64,000 nucleotides of DNA, taken from NCBI GenBank assembly GCA_001821555.1, contig MHMM01000004.1, positions 47,525-111,524 of the forward strand, in the 5' to 3' direction. Each line of letters starts with the position of its first letter. The first letter of the stretch is position 1. The notes beneath the pieces are model-generated. The model did not search any database, was not told the DNA's origin, and worked only from the letters and a program-made list of their open reading frames with translations. This stretch comes from Candidatus Nealsonbacteria bacterium RIFOXYB1_FULL_40_15. Lineage in GTDB: Bacteria; Patescibacteriota; Minisyncoccia; Minisyncoccales; GWA2-38-27. The position numbers and the translations under genes are program-made. Shown here piece after piece: positions 63,695-64,000 of this stretch.

Positions 63695-64000
63695 TATTTA
63701 GGAGCTGAAAGCTCGCGATCCTCTGAAATAACGTCCTGAAGAGCGTCAAGGTTTTCTAGAACCATGCCCGCGCCCCTCACTACTGCAGTCATAGGATCCT
63801 CTATTATTCTTACCGGCATCTTTGTTTCCTGCTGGATCAAAACATCAAGTCCCTTCAAAAGACTCCCTCCCCCCGAAAGGAAAATTCCCTTTGTCATAAT
63901 ATCAGCCAAGAGCTCCGGAGGAGTCTCTTCCACTGTTGTTTTTACAGCCGAAATTATTCTTTTTACCGATTTTTCCATCGCCCTTCTTATCTCCTCGTCA
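63694..64000 (-). CDS. mreB: Rod shape-determining protein MreB, C-terminal part (partial; continues beyond the window end)
   Basis: GIFLSGGGSLLKGLDVLIQQETKMPVRIIEDPMTAVVRGAG matches the MreB C-terminus. The frame is open to nt 64000. Confidence 0.8.
   Translation of the reverse strand, partial: DEEIRRAMEKSVKRIISAVKTTVEETPPELLADIMTKGIFLSGGGSLLKGLDVLIQQETKMPVRIIEDPMTAVVRGAGMVLENLDALQDVISEDRELSAPK

Noticed and set aside
1-64000. CRISPR arrays, rRNA genes, integrase, transposase or phage structural genes
   Set aside because: No short regularly spaced direct repeats with unique spacers were found. There are no rRNA-like stretches and no recombinase or transposase motifs in any frame. Mobile-like signal is limited to the GIY-YIG and LAGLIDADG-like ORFs and the small repeat or insert elements.

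Overview
This window reads as an AT-rich (about 36% GC), gene-dense bacterial chromosome segment with short genes and frequent 4-nt start/stop overlaps. It looks like a reduced genome of the CPR/Patescibacteria kind; that is an inference from composition and gene content, not a database result. Most of the window is core housekeeping. I can support the following. (1) A partial dnaB 3' end carrying an intein C-terminal splice junction, followed by recR. (2) rplU and rmuC. (3) A Ca-type P-type ATPase and a CaCA antiporter joined by an ATGA overlap. (4) The dcw-cluster head mraZ-rsmH-ftsL-ftsI. (5) A membrane-anchored ClpC-like ATPase. (6) A giant 1979-aa FN3/LamG surface protein. (7) rplJ-rplL and their leader. 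(8) mltG, def and pdaD. (9) The tRNA-Tyr/tRNA-Thr/rpmG/tRNA-Trp block; the 55-aa rpmG is absent from the ORF track. (10) trmD, the KH protein, rpsP, rnc, nusB, rpmF and rnhB. (11) dnaE, thrS, miaB-miaA and gatB. (12) A dTTP-synthesis cluster containing tmk, folA, thyA, a dCMP deaminase, two HIT paralogues, a Nudix-like protein and an HxGH nucleotidyltransferase. (13) rplK, nusG and secE. (14) gyrB. (15) A pheS with a fused C-terminal anticodon-binding domain. (16) A GC-rich DHOD-like flavoprotein paired with an FMN reductase. (17) rdgB and a HAD hydrolase. (18) A minus-strand tRNA array Ser-Asp-Met-fMet. (19) gatCA and a partial mreB. Nine tRNAs were found by eye, all on the minus strand. The most unusual content sits around the tRNAs. 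There is a 40-nt palindromic repeat family that begins exactly at the encoded CCA of tRNA genes, with three identical copies. A 104-bp GC-rich hairpin insert is flanked by an 18-bp duplication of the tRNA-Ser 3' end. Two small GIY-YIG nuclease genes lie next to tRNAs and inside the mraZ leader. Several GC-rich structured non-coding islands share a GCGAAGGC(G/C)G core. No CRISPR array, rRNA, integrase or transposase was seen.
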